Positions 51,518 to 58,966 of a stretch of 58,966 nucleotides of DNA are shown here, in pieces. Made by a program: the position numbers and the translations under genes. The stretch's first letter is position 1. Each line of letters starts with the position of its first letter. Source of the stretch: an uncultured Flavobacteriales bacterium (GTDB lineage Bacteria > Bacteroidota > Bacteroidia > Flavobacteriales_D > CALLUQ01). Where the stretch lies: NCBI GenBank assembly GCA_938010565.1, contig CALLUQ010000093.1:1-58966 (forward strand), written 5' to 3'. The notes under the pieces were generated by a model, which did not search any database, was not told the origin of the DNA, and was given only the letters and a program-made list of their open reading frames with translations.

Positions 51518-52555
51518 TTATTCCTTAATAAGTTTTCTGATCTTTTCCACTTCTTTATCATCAAACACATCCGTGGCTTTCAATACTTTTTTCTTCACCT
51601 TTCGGCCAAATACACTGAAGTGCAAATAACGGTGCGGATTGCGTTTGTAATCGTCTAGCAATACTTCCAGATTGTAGCTTGCATCGTTGATGTTGTAGTA
51701 GAGGCTGTCGTTGTTGATCAACAGGCCTAAGCTGCCCTCGCCACGGTTAATTTTGTCCACAATTTCCGTAACACTTGCCATGGCATTTTCGGCTTTTTGG
51801 ATGGTTTGTGTGATGTTGGCAGCAGCCAGTGAATCCGAAACGTTGGAAAAATTCCCGAGCATGTTTGTCAGGTCGTCGTTACTGGCTTCCAGGTTATCGA
51901 CAATGGAACTTATTTTCGAAAAGATATTGGAGATCTTATGGCTCTGATTCCCTATGAGGGTATCGATCTTTAAGGATGTTTTTTCGAAATTGCCGAAAGA
52001 TCGTTTGATGCTGGTAAAGCTGGAGCGGAGGTTTTCGCGGGCATCTTCATTGAAGATCACCTGTACGATCTTCACCACAGAGTCGATCTCGCTGATGAGT
52101 TGTTCTGTTTTGATCTTCAGCGGAGCAATTTGTTCATCCACTTTACTTTGGAGGTCTTTGTCGATTTCCGAGATCAGGGTATCTCCGTTTTGTGCAGGAT
52201 GGTCCCGGTGGTCTCCCAGCTCAAATATGACCGATGCCGAACCCAGCAGGTCGGTGGTAATTTTGGCAACGGTATTTTCAGGGATCAGCACATCGTTGTT
52301 CTGGATATGGAATTTTACAAGGATGCGATTGCCTTTATCGTTCAAAAAGCTTACCTCTCTTACTATTCCGATCTTCAACCCATTGATCTTTACCGAATTG
52401 GAAGGAGCCAAGGTGCCGATCTTTTCATAAACCGCATAAAATTCCCGTTTCTCTCCAAAAAGATCCATCCCTTTTAAAAAGAACAAGCCGTAGATCAAAA
52501 GACCTATGGCTATAACAACTACGATGCCCGTTTTTAGTTCTCTGCTTATTTTCAA
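51518..52555 (-). CDS. MlaD/MCE family protein
   Basis: N-terminal TM helix, an MCE domain (VKINGLKIGIVREV) and a long helical C-terminus. TTG start. Confidence 0.8.
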   Translation of the reverse strand: MKISRELKTGIVVVIAIGLLIYGLFFLKGMDLFGEKREFYAVYEKIGTLAPSNSVKINGLKIGIVREVSFLNDKGNRILVKFHIQNNDVLIPENTVAKITTDLLGSASVIFELGDHRDHPAQNGDTLISEIDKDLQSKVDEQIAPLKIKTEQLISEIDSVVKIVQVIFNEDARENLRSSFTSIKRSFGNFEKTSLKIDTLIGNQSHKISNIFSKISSIVDNLEASNDDLTNMLGNFSNVSDSLAAANITQTIQKAENAMASVTEIVDKINRGEGSLGLLINNDSLYYNINDASYNLEVLLDDYKRNPHRYLHFSVFGRKVKKKVLKATDVFDDKEVEKIRKLIKE

Positions 52556-52564
52556 ACTTGGTTT

Positions 52565-53761
52565 CTATTCCTGTGTAAGCCGGATCGCCTCCTGAAGATT
52601 TATCCGTTTTCCTTCTTTGAAAGCAACGATAAAAGCTCCGTTATAGCCTTTATCTCCCATTTCTTTCCGAAGCACTTTTGCCTCCTTAAAAGTAGCCTTC
52701 CGGCCAACGGTATATTTGTACATACCACTGCTAATATACTCATCTACCTCCGTTAATCCCTTAAAATTTTTTGGTTTCCGTGCGATGGGCGAAGCCGAAG
52801 TAATGATCTGTACCTTAAAGACGATCCCGGACCTGGAGTCCGAATGGGAAGAATGGTTCTTAGTATCAGTTCTTTCTGTGTGACGGGTTGCGGCACCATC
52901 GTGCATTACCGGAGCAGTATAAACTCCATCGTTCATGGTTTGGTTGATGCTGTCGATTTCTGTTTTGTAAGCCACAAAGGCTTTGAATATGCCCACCGCC
53001 ATTTGCTCCTGGTTTTGCTTATCGGCCAGCCATTTTTCCTCTTCTTTGTTGGTAAGAAAACCCGCTTCTACCAGAACGCTTGGCATAGTAGTTCGGTACA
53101 AAACAAGAAATCCGGCTTGTTTTACCCCTCTGTCTTTCCGTCCCAATTTTTTAAATTGTTTTTGAATTTCAGAGGCAAAATTCATGCTTTGGTCGAGGTA
53201 TTCTGCCTGGGCAATGCTCATGGCAATGATGGCTTCCGGCGAACCATCAAAGTCTTGATAGTTCTTATCGTAATCCGACTCCATGAATATGGCCGAGTTT
53301 TCACGTTTGGCTACCAAAAGGTTGGCTTCCGATTTGTGCAATCCCATTACATACGTTTCAACACCTTTGGCTTTGGGTTGTCCCGAATTGGCATGAATAC
53401 AAATGAAAAGATCGGCTTTGTTGCGGTTGGCAATGGCCGCCCTTTCGTGTAGTTCTACAAAAACATCGGTTTTGCGGGTGTAAATTATTTTTACATCCTT
53501 AAAATTTTCCCGAATGGACTTCCCCAACTTTAGTGCAATACTCAGGCATACGTCTTTTTCACGGAGGGATGCACCATGACAGCCCGGATCTTTTCCACCG
53601 TGACCGGCATCGATTACAATGGTTTTTATCCCAACGGAAGACAGGGCATTGTGGTATTTGCCAACAAAGGAAGTATGCAAAAATAAGGTCAGCACAAGAA
53701 AAGGCCACAATGCTCGTTTATTGCCCGTAACTCCCTGCCTGCTGCTATGCAAACGCCTCAT
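52565..53761 (-). CDS. N-acetylmuramoyl-L-alanine amidase (Amidase_3) with C-terminal SPOR-like domain
   Basis: IVIDAGHGGKDPG, IHANS and ETYV motifs. The C-terminal FKVQI...GRKATFKEAKVLRKEM..GAFIVAF is SPOR-like. Confidence 0.9.
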   Translation of the reverse strand: MRRLHSSRQGVTGNKRALWPFLVLTLFLHTSFVGKYHNALSSVGIKTIVIDAGHGGKDPGCHGASLREKDVCLSIALKLGKSIRENFKDVKIIYTRKTDVFVELHERAAIANRNKADLFICIHANSGQPKAKGVETYVMGLHKSEANLLVAKRENSAIFMESDYDKNYQDFDGSPEAIIAMSIAQAEYLDQSMNFASEIQKQFKKLGRKDRGVKQAGFLVLYRTTMPSVLVEAGFLTNKEEEKWLADKQNQEQMAVGIFKAFVAYKTEIDSINQTMNDGVYTAPVMHDGAATRHTERTDTKNHSSHSDSRSGIVFKVQIITSASPIARKPKNFKGLTEVDEYISSGMYKYTVGRKATFKEAKVLRKEMGDKGYNGAFIVAFKEGKRINLQEAIRLTQE

Positions 53762-53781
53762 ATCGTTTGGTATTTAATCAT

Positions 53782-53789
53782 TAGCTTTG
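53782..53789 (+). promoter_or_regulatory. candidate -7 box (TAGCTTTG) upstream of the LptD-like gene
   Basis: Perfect TAnnTTTG match. It overlaps the TTG that opens the ORF-track ORF, which argues for a downstream start. Confidence 0.35.
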
Positions 53790-53840
53790 GCCGATCATAT
53801 CACCGGCTATATAACCGTAACAACGCAAATTTATTATAAA

Positions 53841-56375
53841 TTGACGCCACAGGTATCTGCGAGATTGTTTTTTTTTATCGCCTTTTTGTTGATAATCGGT
53901 GGAACCGATGCTCCTGCTCAACAACTGGTGCCTGCTCCTCCCGATACACAAGCGATCAAAAGTCCTCTGGACCATGAAGTGATATACCATGCTTCGGATT
54001 CCATGCGTTTTGATATCCGGGAACAAAAAGTATACCTTTTTGGGAATGCCCGTGTTGATTATGGCTCCATTCGCCTCACTGCGGCTTACATGGTGTTCAA
54101 TTCGGGGGAAAAGATCGTGGAAGCTTACGGCACCACCGACAGCCTCGGAAAAGCCATCGGATTGCCTGTTTTTAAAGAAAGAGATTCGGAGATCCGTGCC
54201 GATACCATCCGTTATAATTTTGAAACCAAAACCGGGATTATCAAAGAGGTGAGAACCCAGGAAGGCGATGGCTTTCTCTTATCCGAACGCACCAAACGGC
54301 ACCCCGATGAACACATCCACGTGGAAGAGGGCCGGTATACCACCTGTGAGCACGAAGAGCCCCACTATTATTTCCGGATGAAAAAGGCCATTGTGATTCC
54401 AAACAACAAAATACTGGCACAAAACATTAACCTTAAAATTGCCGATATACCTACTCCTGTTTGGGTTCCTTTTGCGTATTTCCCGAATAAAAAGGGCGAA
54501 GCGGCAGGCATACTGATCCCTACCTATGGCGAATCGCCTGCTCTTGGTTTTTTTCTTTTGAATGGCGGATGGTACTGGCCGGTGAACCACAAACTGGATA
54601 CCCGGATTACCGGCGATATTTACAGCCGGGGCAGTTGGGGGTTAAAAAGCCAGACGAATTACAAGTTTCGCTACCGCTATTCCGGTGCCTTCAACCTGAG
54701 TTATAACGTGCTTAAAACCAGCGATCCCGAATTTCCGGATTACAGAAAAACCACAGCGTTTTTCATCCGGTGGTCGCATAACCAGGATCCCAAAGCACGG
54801 CCCAATAGCCGTTTTTCGGCCAATGTAAACGCCGGATCGAGCGAAAACTTCCGGAACAATTTTAACAGCAGCATCAACGATTTTCTCACCAATACGTTCC
54901 AATCCAACATCAGTTGGTCCAAAACTTTTCCCAACCAACCCTATGCGCTGAGTGTGAACCTTCGCCATAACCAGAATACCCTGAGTCGCAAGGTAAGCCT
55001 TACGTTGCCCGAAGCGGCATTCAACGTCAACCGTTTTTATCCGGGTAAAGCCATTCGCAACCGCTTTGCAAAAGCAGGCAGCACTACCCATAAATGGTAC
55101 GAGCAGATTGGCGTAACCTACCAAACCAATTTCAGAAATGAACTGCATGTGGGCGATTCGGTGATCCGCCTCAACAATACGGATGCTTTATCCGACTCAT
55201 TGCGTATGGGGTTGCGCCACAACGTTTCGGTTACCACAGCTTTGTCCGATCCCAAACTTCCCTTTACCATTACTCCCCATTTCAACCTGACCGAACGCTG
55301 GTATTTTAAAACCGTAAACAAACGATGGAACAACGAATTGCAGGCGTTGGTTATCGATACCATACCCGGTTTTGATCGCAACATGGAATGGAATCTGAGT
55401 GCTTTCGTGTCGTCTAAAATTTACGGTTTTTTTACCCTGAAGAACGGCCCTGTTATCCGGCATGTTATGACCCCAAATGTAGGCTTTACGTACCGCCCGG
55501 ATTTTGGGACCAACCGCACCATCTTTACCCAACAGGAAAATCCGATTACTTATTCTCCTTATGAGATCGGCATTTACGGAGTGCCGGTTTCAGGCGAATC
55601 CGGTAGGGTCAACATGAGTCTCCTGCACAACCTGGAAACCAAATTCCGTTCCGACAAAGACACCACCACCGGGTTTGTCAAGATCAAGGTCATCGATAAC
55701 TTTTCGATGAACACCCATTACGATCTGTTCAAGGAAACGAATAAATGGTCGGACCTGACCATGAGTGGACGTACACGCCTGTTTAAAAAACTCAACCTGA
55801 ATTTTAGCGGGCTTTACGATCCTTACGATTACGATACTACCGGCATGCGCATCGACAACAGCCACTGGAGCAAAACCAATGGTTGGGGCAGCTTGCGCAA
55901 CATATCGCTGGCCATGTCGGCCGGACTTAAGAGCAAACAAGGCTCCCGGGGCGATCTTCAAAGCGATAAGGGAACAGCACGCGAGTTGGAACACATCAAC
56001 AGCAACCCGGAAGCTTACATCGATTTTAATGTGCCCTGGTCGCTCAACATGAACTACAACCTGCGTTTCAACAAACGTTTTATCAACGGAACAGATAGCT
56101 TTACGGTTACCCAAACCTTTAATTTTAGCGGGGAACTCAGCCTCACGCCCAAATGGAAGATCGGATTCAGCTCGGGCTATGATTTTGTGAACAAAGGGTT
56201 TACCAACAATACCTCCATCAACGTGTACCGCGATCTGCATTGTTGGGATTTGAGTTTCAATTACATTCCTTTCGGATTTCAGAAAAGCTACAACATTCAG
56301 CTAAATGTAAAATCGGCCATGTTGCAGGATCTGAAACTGGCCAGAAGAAGAAGTTGGTACGACAACCAACTCTAG
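53841..56375 (+). CDS. LptD-like large outer-membrane protein (putative LPS-assembly protein)
   Basis: Signal peptide after the TTG at 53841 (TPQVSARLFFFIAFLLIIGGTDAPAQQ), an OstA-like N-terminal region (VYLFGNARVDYGSIRLTA) and a large beta-barrel. The stop TAG lies inside the repeat terminus. Confidence 0.72.
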   Translation: MTPQVSARLFFFIAFLLIIGGTDAPAQQLVPAPPDTQAIKSPLDHEVIYHASDSMRFDIREQKVYLFGNARVDYGSIRLTAAYMVFNSGEKIVEAYGTTDSLGKAIGLPVFKERDSEIRADTIRYNFETKTGIIKEVRTQEGDGFLLSERTKRHPDEHIHVEEGRYTTCEHEEPHYYFRMKKAIVIPNNKILAQNINLKIADIPTPVWVPFAYFPNKKGEAAGILIPTYGESPALGFFLLNGGWYWPVNHKLDTRITGDIYSRGSWGLKSQTNYKFRYRYSGAFNLSYNVLKTSDPEFPDYRKTTAFFIRWSHNQDPKARPNSRFSANVNAGSSENFRNNFNSSINDFLTNTFQSNISWSKTFPNQPYALSVNLRHNQNTLSRKVSLTLPEAAFNVNRFYPGKAIRNRFAKAGSTTHKWYEQIGVTYQTNFRNELHVGDSVIRLNNTDALSDSLRMGLRHNVSVTTALSDPKLPFTITPHFNLTERWYFKTVNKRWNNELQALVIDTIPGFDRNMEWNLSAFVSSKIYGFFTLKNGPVIRHVMTPNVGFTYRPDFGTNRTIFTQQENPITYSPYEIGIYGVPVSGESGRVNMSLLHNLETKFRSDKDTTTGFVKIKVIDNFSMNTHYDLFKETNKWSDLTMSGRTRLFKKLNLNFSGLYDPYDYDTTGMRIDNSHWSKTNGWGSLRNISLAMSAGLKSKQGSRGDLQSDKGTARELEHINSNPEAYIDFNVPWSLNMNYNLRFNKRFINGTDSFTVTQTFNFSGELSLTPKWKIGFSSGYDFVNKGFTNNTSINVYRDLHCWDLSFNYIPFGFQKSYNIQLNVKSAMLQDLKLARRRSWYDNQL

Positions 56376-56560
56376 TGTTAAGTCAAGCCTACTTTAGCCA
56401 CACCAAGTTTTGATCTTTTTATCCCGGACTTTTTTGATTTTATACCGATGCTAGTTTAAGGGAAAAACAATCCCTTAGCTACACTAGGCTCCTATTTTTC
56501 GCATGGTCCGGAACAAAAATATCGGAACTTATACGACACAGTACACCTGACTTAACGCTA
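56372..56560 (+). repeat. MITE-like intergenic repeat, longest copy
   Basis: Terminal inverted repeats ctagtgttaagtcaag.. / ..cctgacttaacgcta. The arms are complementary over much of their length (aagttttgatctttttatcccggac versus gtccggaacaaaaatatcggaactt). Confidence 0.85.
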
Positions 56561-57127
56561 ACGCCGGATCTCCAGCCAATTTTTAATGATCTGTTTGCCC
56601 CCTTCGGTGAGGATGGATTCGGGGTGGAACTGTACGCCAAAAACCGGCCATTTCTTGTGGCGGAAAGCCATCACCCAACCTTGTTCATTGGTGGCCATAG
56701 TGCTCAAAACGGAAGGCATTTGTTCCGGTTTTATTCCCCAGGAGTGGTAGTGCCCTGCTTTGAACGATGCAGGCAGGCCCTCCAGCAGGCCTTCGCTTTT
56801 ATGGATATGGCAAACCGTGGTTACCCCGTGTAAAACCGTGTTCAGATTGGTGAGCCGGGCTCCGAAATGTTGTGCAATGCCTTGCATGCCCAAACAAACC
56901 CCCAGTATGTTTTTGGATGGTGCGTAACGGGCAATTAGTTCCGGCATAATACCGGCTTCTTGCGGCAAGCCTGGGCCCGGCGAAAGCAGTATCCGATCGT
57001 ATGCTTCAATTTCGTTTAAGGTAACCGCATCGTTGCGGCGTACTACAATGTTTTCCGTGAATTGCTCTGCCAGATGAACCAGGTTCCAGGTAAAAGAATC
57101 GTAATTGTCGAGGATGATAACGCTCAA
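56558..57127 (-). CDS. anthranilate/aminodeoxychorismate synthase component II (glutamine amidotransferase)
   Basis: ILDNYDSFTWNL, GVCLGMQ and FHPES motifs. The start is uncertain: TTG 57127 gives a typical ~189 aa, while ATG 57172/57184 and GTG 57190 would overlap the divergent ridA start. Confidence 0.85.
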   Translation of the reverse strand: MSVIILDNYDSFTWNLVHLAEQFTENIVVRRNDAVTLNEIEAYDRILLSPGPGLPQEAGIMPELIARYAPSKNILGVCLGMQGIAQHFGARLTNLNTVLHGVTTVCHIHKSEGLLEGLPASFKAGHYHSWGIKPEQMPSVLSTMATNEQGWVMAFRHKKWPVFGVQFHPESILTEGGKQIIKNWLEIRR

Positions 57128-57170
57128 GCGGTTACTTTTGGGCAAAAGTAATCTTAATTTTTGCAAAAAC

Positions 57171-57548
57171 ATGAAAGAGATCATCAACACGCCGGACGCT
57201 CCGGACCCGGTTGGACCTTATAATCAGGCGATTTTAGTAAACGATACCCTTTATCTGAGCGGCCAGGTCGCCATCGATCCGGCTACCGGTTTGTTGGTTA
57301 TGGCCCACCGAAAAGCCGAAACGGAACAGGTCATGAAAAATCTGGCAGCGGTTCTGAAAGCGGCCGGAATGGATTTTAGCAACGTAGTAAAAACATCGAT
57401 CTTTCTGAAAGACATGGGCGATTTTAATGTCGTAAATGAGGTTTACGGGTCTTGTTTTACTTCGGAATATCCTGCTCGCGAAACGGTTCAGGTATCGGTG
57501 CTTCCCAAAGAAGTAAATGTTGAGATCTCTATGATCGCGGTCCGCTGA
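57171..57548 (+). CDS. ridA: RidA family reactive-intermediate deaminase
   Basis: MKEIINTPDAPDPVGPYNQAI.. and C-terminal PARETVQVSVLPKEVNVEI. The ATG at 57171 is preferred over the TTG at 57105. Confidence 0.9.
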   Translation: MKEIINTPDAPDPVGPYNQAILVNDTLYLSGQVAIDPATGLLVMAHRKAETEQVMKNLAAVLKAAGMDFSNVVKTSIFLKDMGDFNVVNEVYGSCFTSEYPARETVQVSVLPKEVNVEISMIAVR

Positions 57549-57957
57549 TTCGGCTTTTCCAAACCATCATTCCCCACAAAAAGCTCCCGGCAAAAGCAGG
57601 CCATCCCTGAAAATAAAGCCATTCCGTTCCGATGCCTGTAAAAACAACCGGATAAAGCCATTGTACCGTTTGTGCTATGCCATAATTTCGCACGGCACCC
57701 GGGCGGCCTTTCCATAACTTCCATATAGCATACATGGCCCATAACCCACAGAGAATACGTAAGGAACCAAGCCAGCCGGCATAAACATACAGGGGTTCGG
57801 TACCATAGCGTTCCACTGCTTTTTGAAAGGCCTGCGACGTTTTTTCAGAGGCGCGGGTAACATCGGAAACGCCCAACAGCATTTGGGCTCCGGCAGTAAT
57901 AGCAGCCGGAAAAAGCAATAAAAAGGAGAACGGCCGGGGCCTTTTTTCCGGGTCCAT
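57529..57957 (-). CDS. hypothetical membrane protein
   Basis: 142 aa with 3-4 predicted TM helices. The 3' end overlaps ridA by 20 nt (convergent). Confidence 0.5.
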   Translation of the reverse strand: MDPEKRPRPFSFLLLFPAAITAGAQMLLGVSDVTRASEKTSQAFQKAVERYGTEPLYVYAGWLGSLRILCGLWAMYAIWKLWKGRPGAVRNYGIAQTVQWLYPVVFTGIGTEWLYFQGWPAFAGSFLWGMMVWKSRISGPRS

Positions 57958-57961
57958 GTTG

Positions 57962-58549
57962 CTACAATAAATGCTTTCTCAACAAAAAATAGCCCAGCGT
58001 ATATAATGCATAAAAAGCTGCCGGTACCAACGGAAAAACACCAGCCCACCGGGTAAAGATCAAGCAAAACCCGACCATCTGAATGCTGGCGGTAACAAAC
58101 AGGAAAAGCCCGGCTTTTTTTCCTTTCATCATTTGATAAACGGCACCTATGATCCACAGGTTAAAAACCAGTACAACGGGATAAAAAACGCTTGCGCCGA
58201 TGGGCAAAAAAGCCAAACTTATGTTGCATTGCCCTATCCACTCAAAGGCATTTCCTGCTGCCACCGGCATCAGCCAGGCGAATAAAGCAAAAACAATGCT
58301 GAACCCGGAGGTGATGTAACTGCCGTATCCCAGAAGGGTTAAGCTTTTCGGACGGTTAAAAACGGGCGTTTCAGACAAAGTAAAAACAGGAGTTTTCCGG
58401 TAAATATAATTAAAGTTTGGAGGGACGCCTTCGAGTGCCGGTAAAAAGCGTAAAAAGAACAGAAAACCAAATGGCCCTTTCCATTCTTGTACGCCCACTT
58501 TTTTTGTCCGAAAAACCACAGGCACACATTTAGCCCCTCCAAACCTCAC
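57962..58549 (-). CDS. hypothetical membrane protein
   Basis: The C-terminal ~125 aa are clearly polytopic. GTG start, and the N-terminal extent is uncertain. Confidence 0.5.
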   Translation of the reverse strand: MRFGGAKCVPVVFRTKKVGVQEWKGPFGFLFFLRFLPALEGVPPNFNYIYRKTPVFTLSETPVFNRPKSLTLLGYGSYITSGFSIVFALFAWLMPVAAGNAFEWIGQCNISLAFLPIGASVFYPVVLVFNLWIIGAVYQMMKGKKAGLFLFVTASIQMVGFCLIFTRWAGVFPLVPAAFYALYTLGYFLLRKHLL

Positions 58550-58966
58550 ACCTCACACGCCAAACTCTCTTCTACTCCAATATCTCCTCAATGATAATTT
58601 TGGTGTAGTGCTGTTCCCCGTTAATTCCCGGCATCAAAGGAGCCGTTCCGCTTCTATTGTTTATTTCATGTGACCCGTTAACAATAAGTGTGCTGTTAGT
58701 AGTATAACTACGATAGTAAAATCGTACCGCAACCGAAAAATCGGACGACAAAGGGGGGCACCAAAAGGGCATTAAAATGGCAGGATTTTATAAAGCAATA
58801 AATCGCATAAAAAATGGAATTACGAGGATCGGAAAAGTCCGACCCGTTTTCAGGCCGATGTTTTGAGTTGAATATGGCATTGGTTGCCATCATCCTTCGT
58901 GTTGAGGCGAGCGGTCCGTTGAACCGAAAAAAGGCGGCCACTCCATGAATGGGAGCATTAAAGATC

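Noticed and set aside
57675-58157. 160-aa ORF spanning the junction of the two hypothetical membrane-protein genes
   Set aside because: It lies in a different frame overlapping both better-supported hydrophobic ORFs. Its translation is R/C/P-rich and not membrane-like.
58824-58846. GAGGAUCGGAAAAGUCCGACCC, resembling the RNase P RNA P4 strand (GAGGAAAGUCCGGGC)
   Set aside because: It has an extra base and mismatches in universally conserved positions. The expected downstream CAUAGGGCAGGGUGCC-type sequence is absent.

Overview
Chromosomal segment of a Bacteroidota genome. Supporting signs are a SusC/SusD pair, a PorV-family barrel, a TssD-type Hcp, TAnnTTTG-type -7 boxes, and the gene order rplO-secY-map-infA-rpmJ-rpsM-rpsK-rpsD-rpoA-rplQ-carA-eno. 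Most of the 59 kb is housekeeping: the end of the ribosomal spc/alpha operons, carA, eno, dusB, rbfA, ahcY, greA, ruvC, relA/spoT, fur, purA, ridA, pabA, and envelope genes (LolE-like permease, MsbA-like ABC exporter, MlaD, AmiC-type amidase, two OstA/LptD-like proteins). All calls come from reading the supplied ORF translations and the DNA by eye, with no database searches. Many ORF-track starts are TTG/GTG and were trimmed to better-supported starts. Six things stand out. (1) A small accessory islet at about 14.98-17.1 kb holds an Hcp(TssD)-toxin fusion, a candidate immunity gene, a decayed second copy of the Hcp 5' end, and a transposase remnant, with no other T6SS genes in the window. (2) There is a head-to-tail triplication (about 510 bp period) of the susC leader plus the first ~110 codons, immediately upstream of the functional susC. 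(3) A MITE-like intergenic repeat family of about 100-190 bp has four copies, all sitting at gene 3' ends; one copy supplies the stop codons of both flanking genes. (4) A tight 9 kb operon encodes a 1231-aa CarboxypepD_reg/TonB-dependent-receptor-like barrel, a 1372-aa secreted protein with a variant T9SS-like C-terminal domain, and a PorV-family barrel. (5) An operon joins a PPTase, an archaeal-type GGGP-synthase (PcrB family) and a ThiE/TenI-like protein next to a MoeZ-like adenylyltransferase-rhodanese. (6) A STAS-domain gene is translationally coupled to fur. No rRNA, tRNA or CRISPR array was seen.
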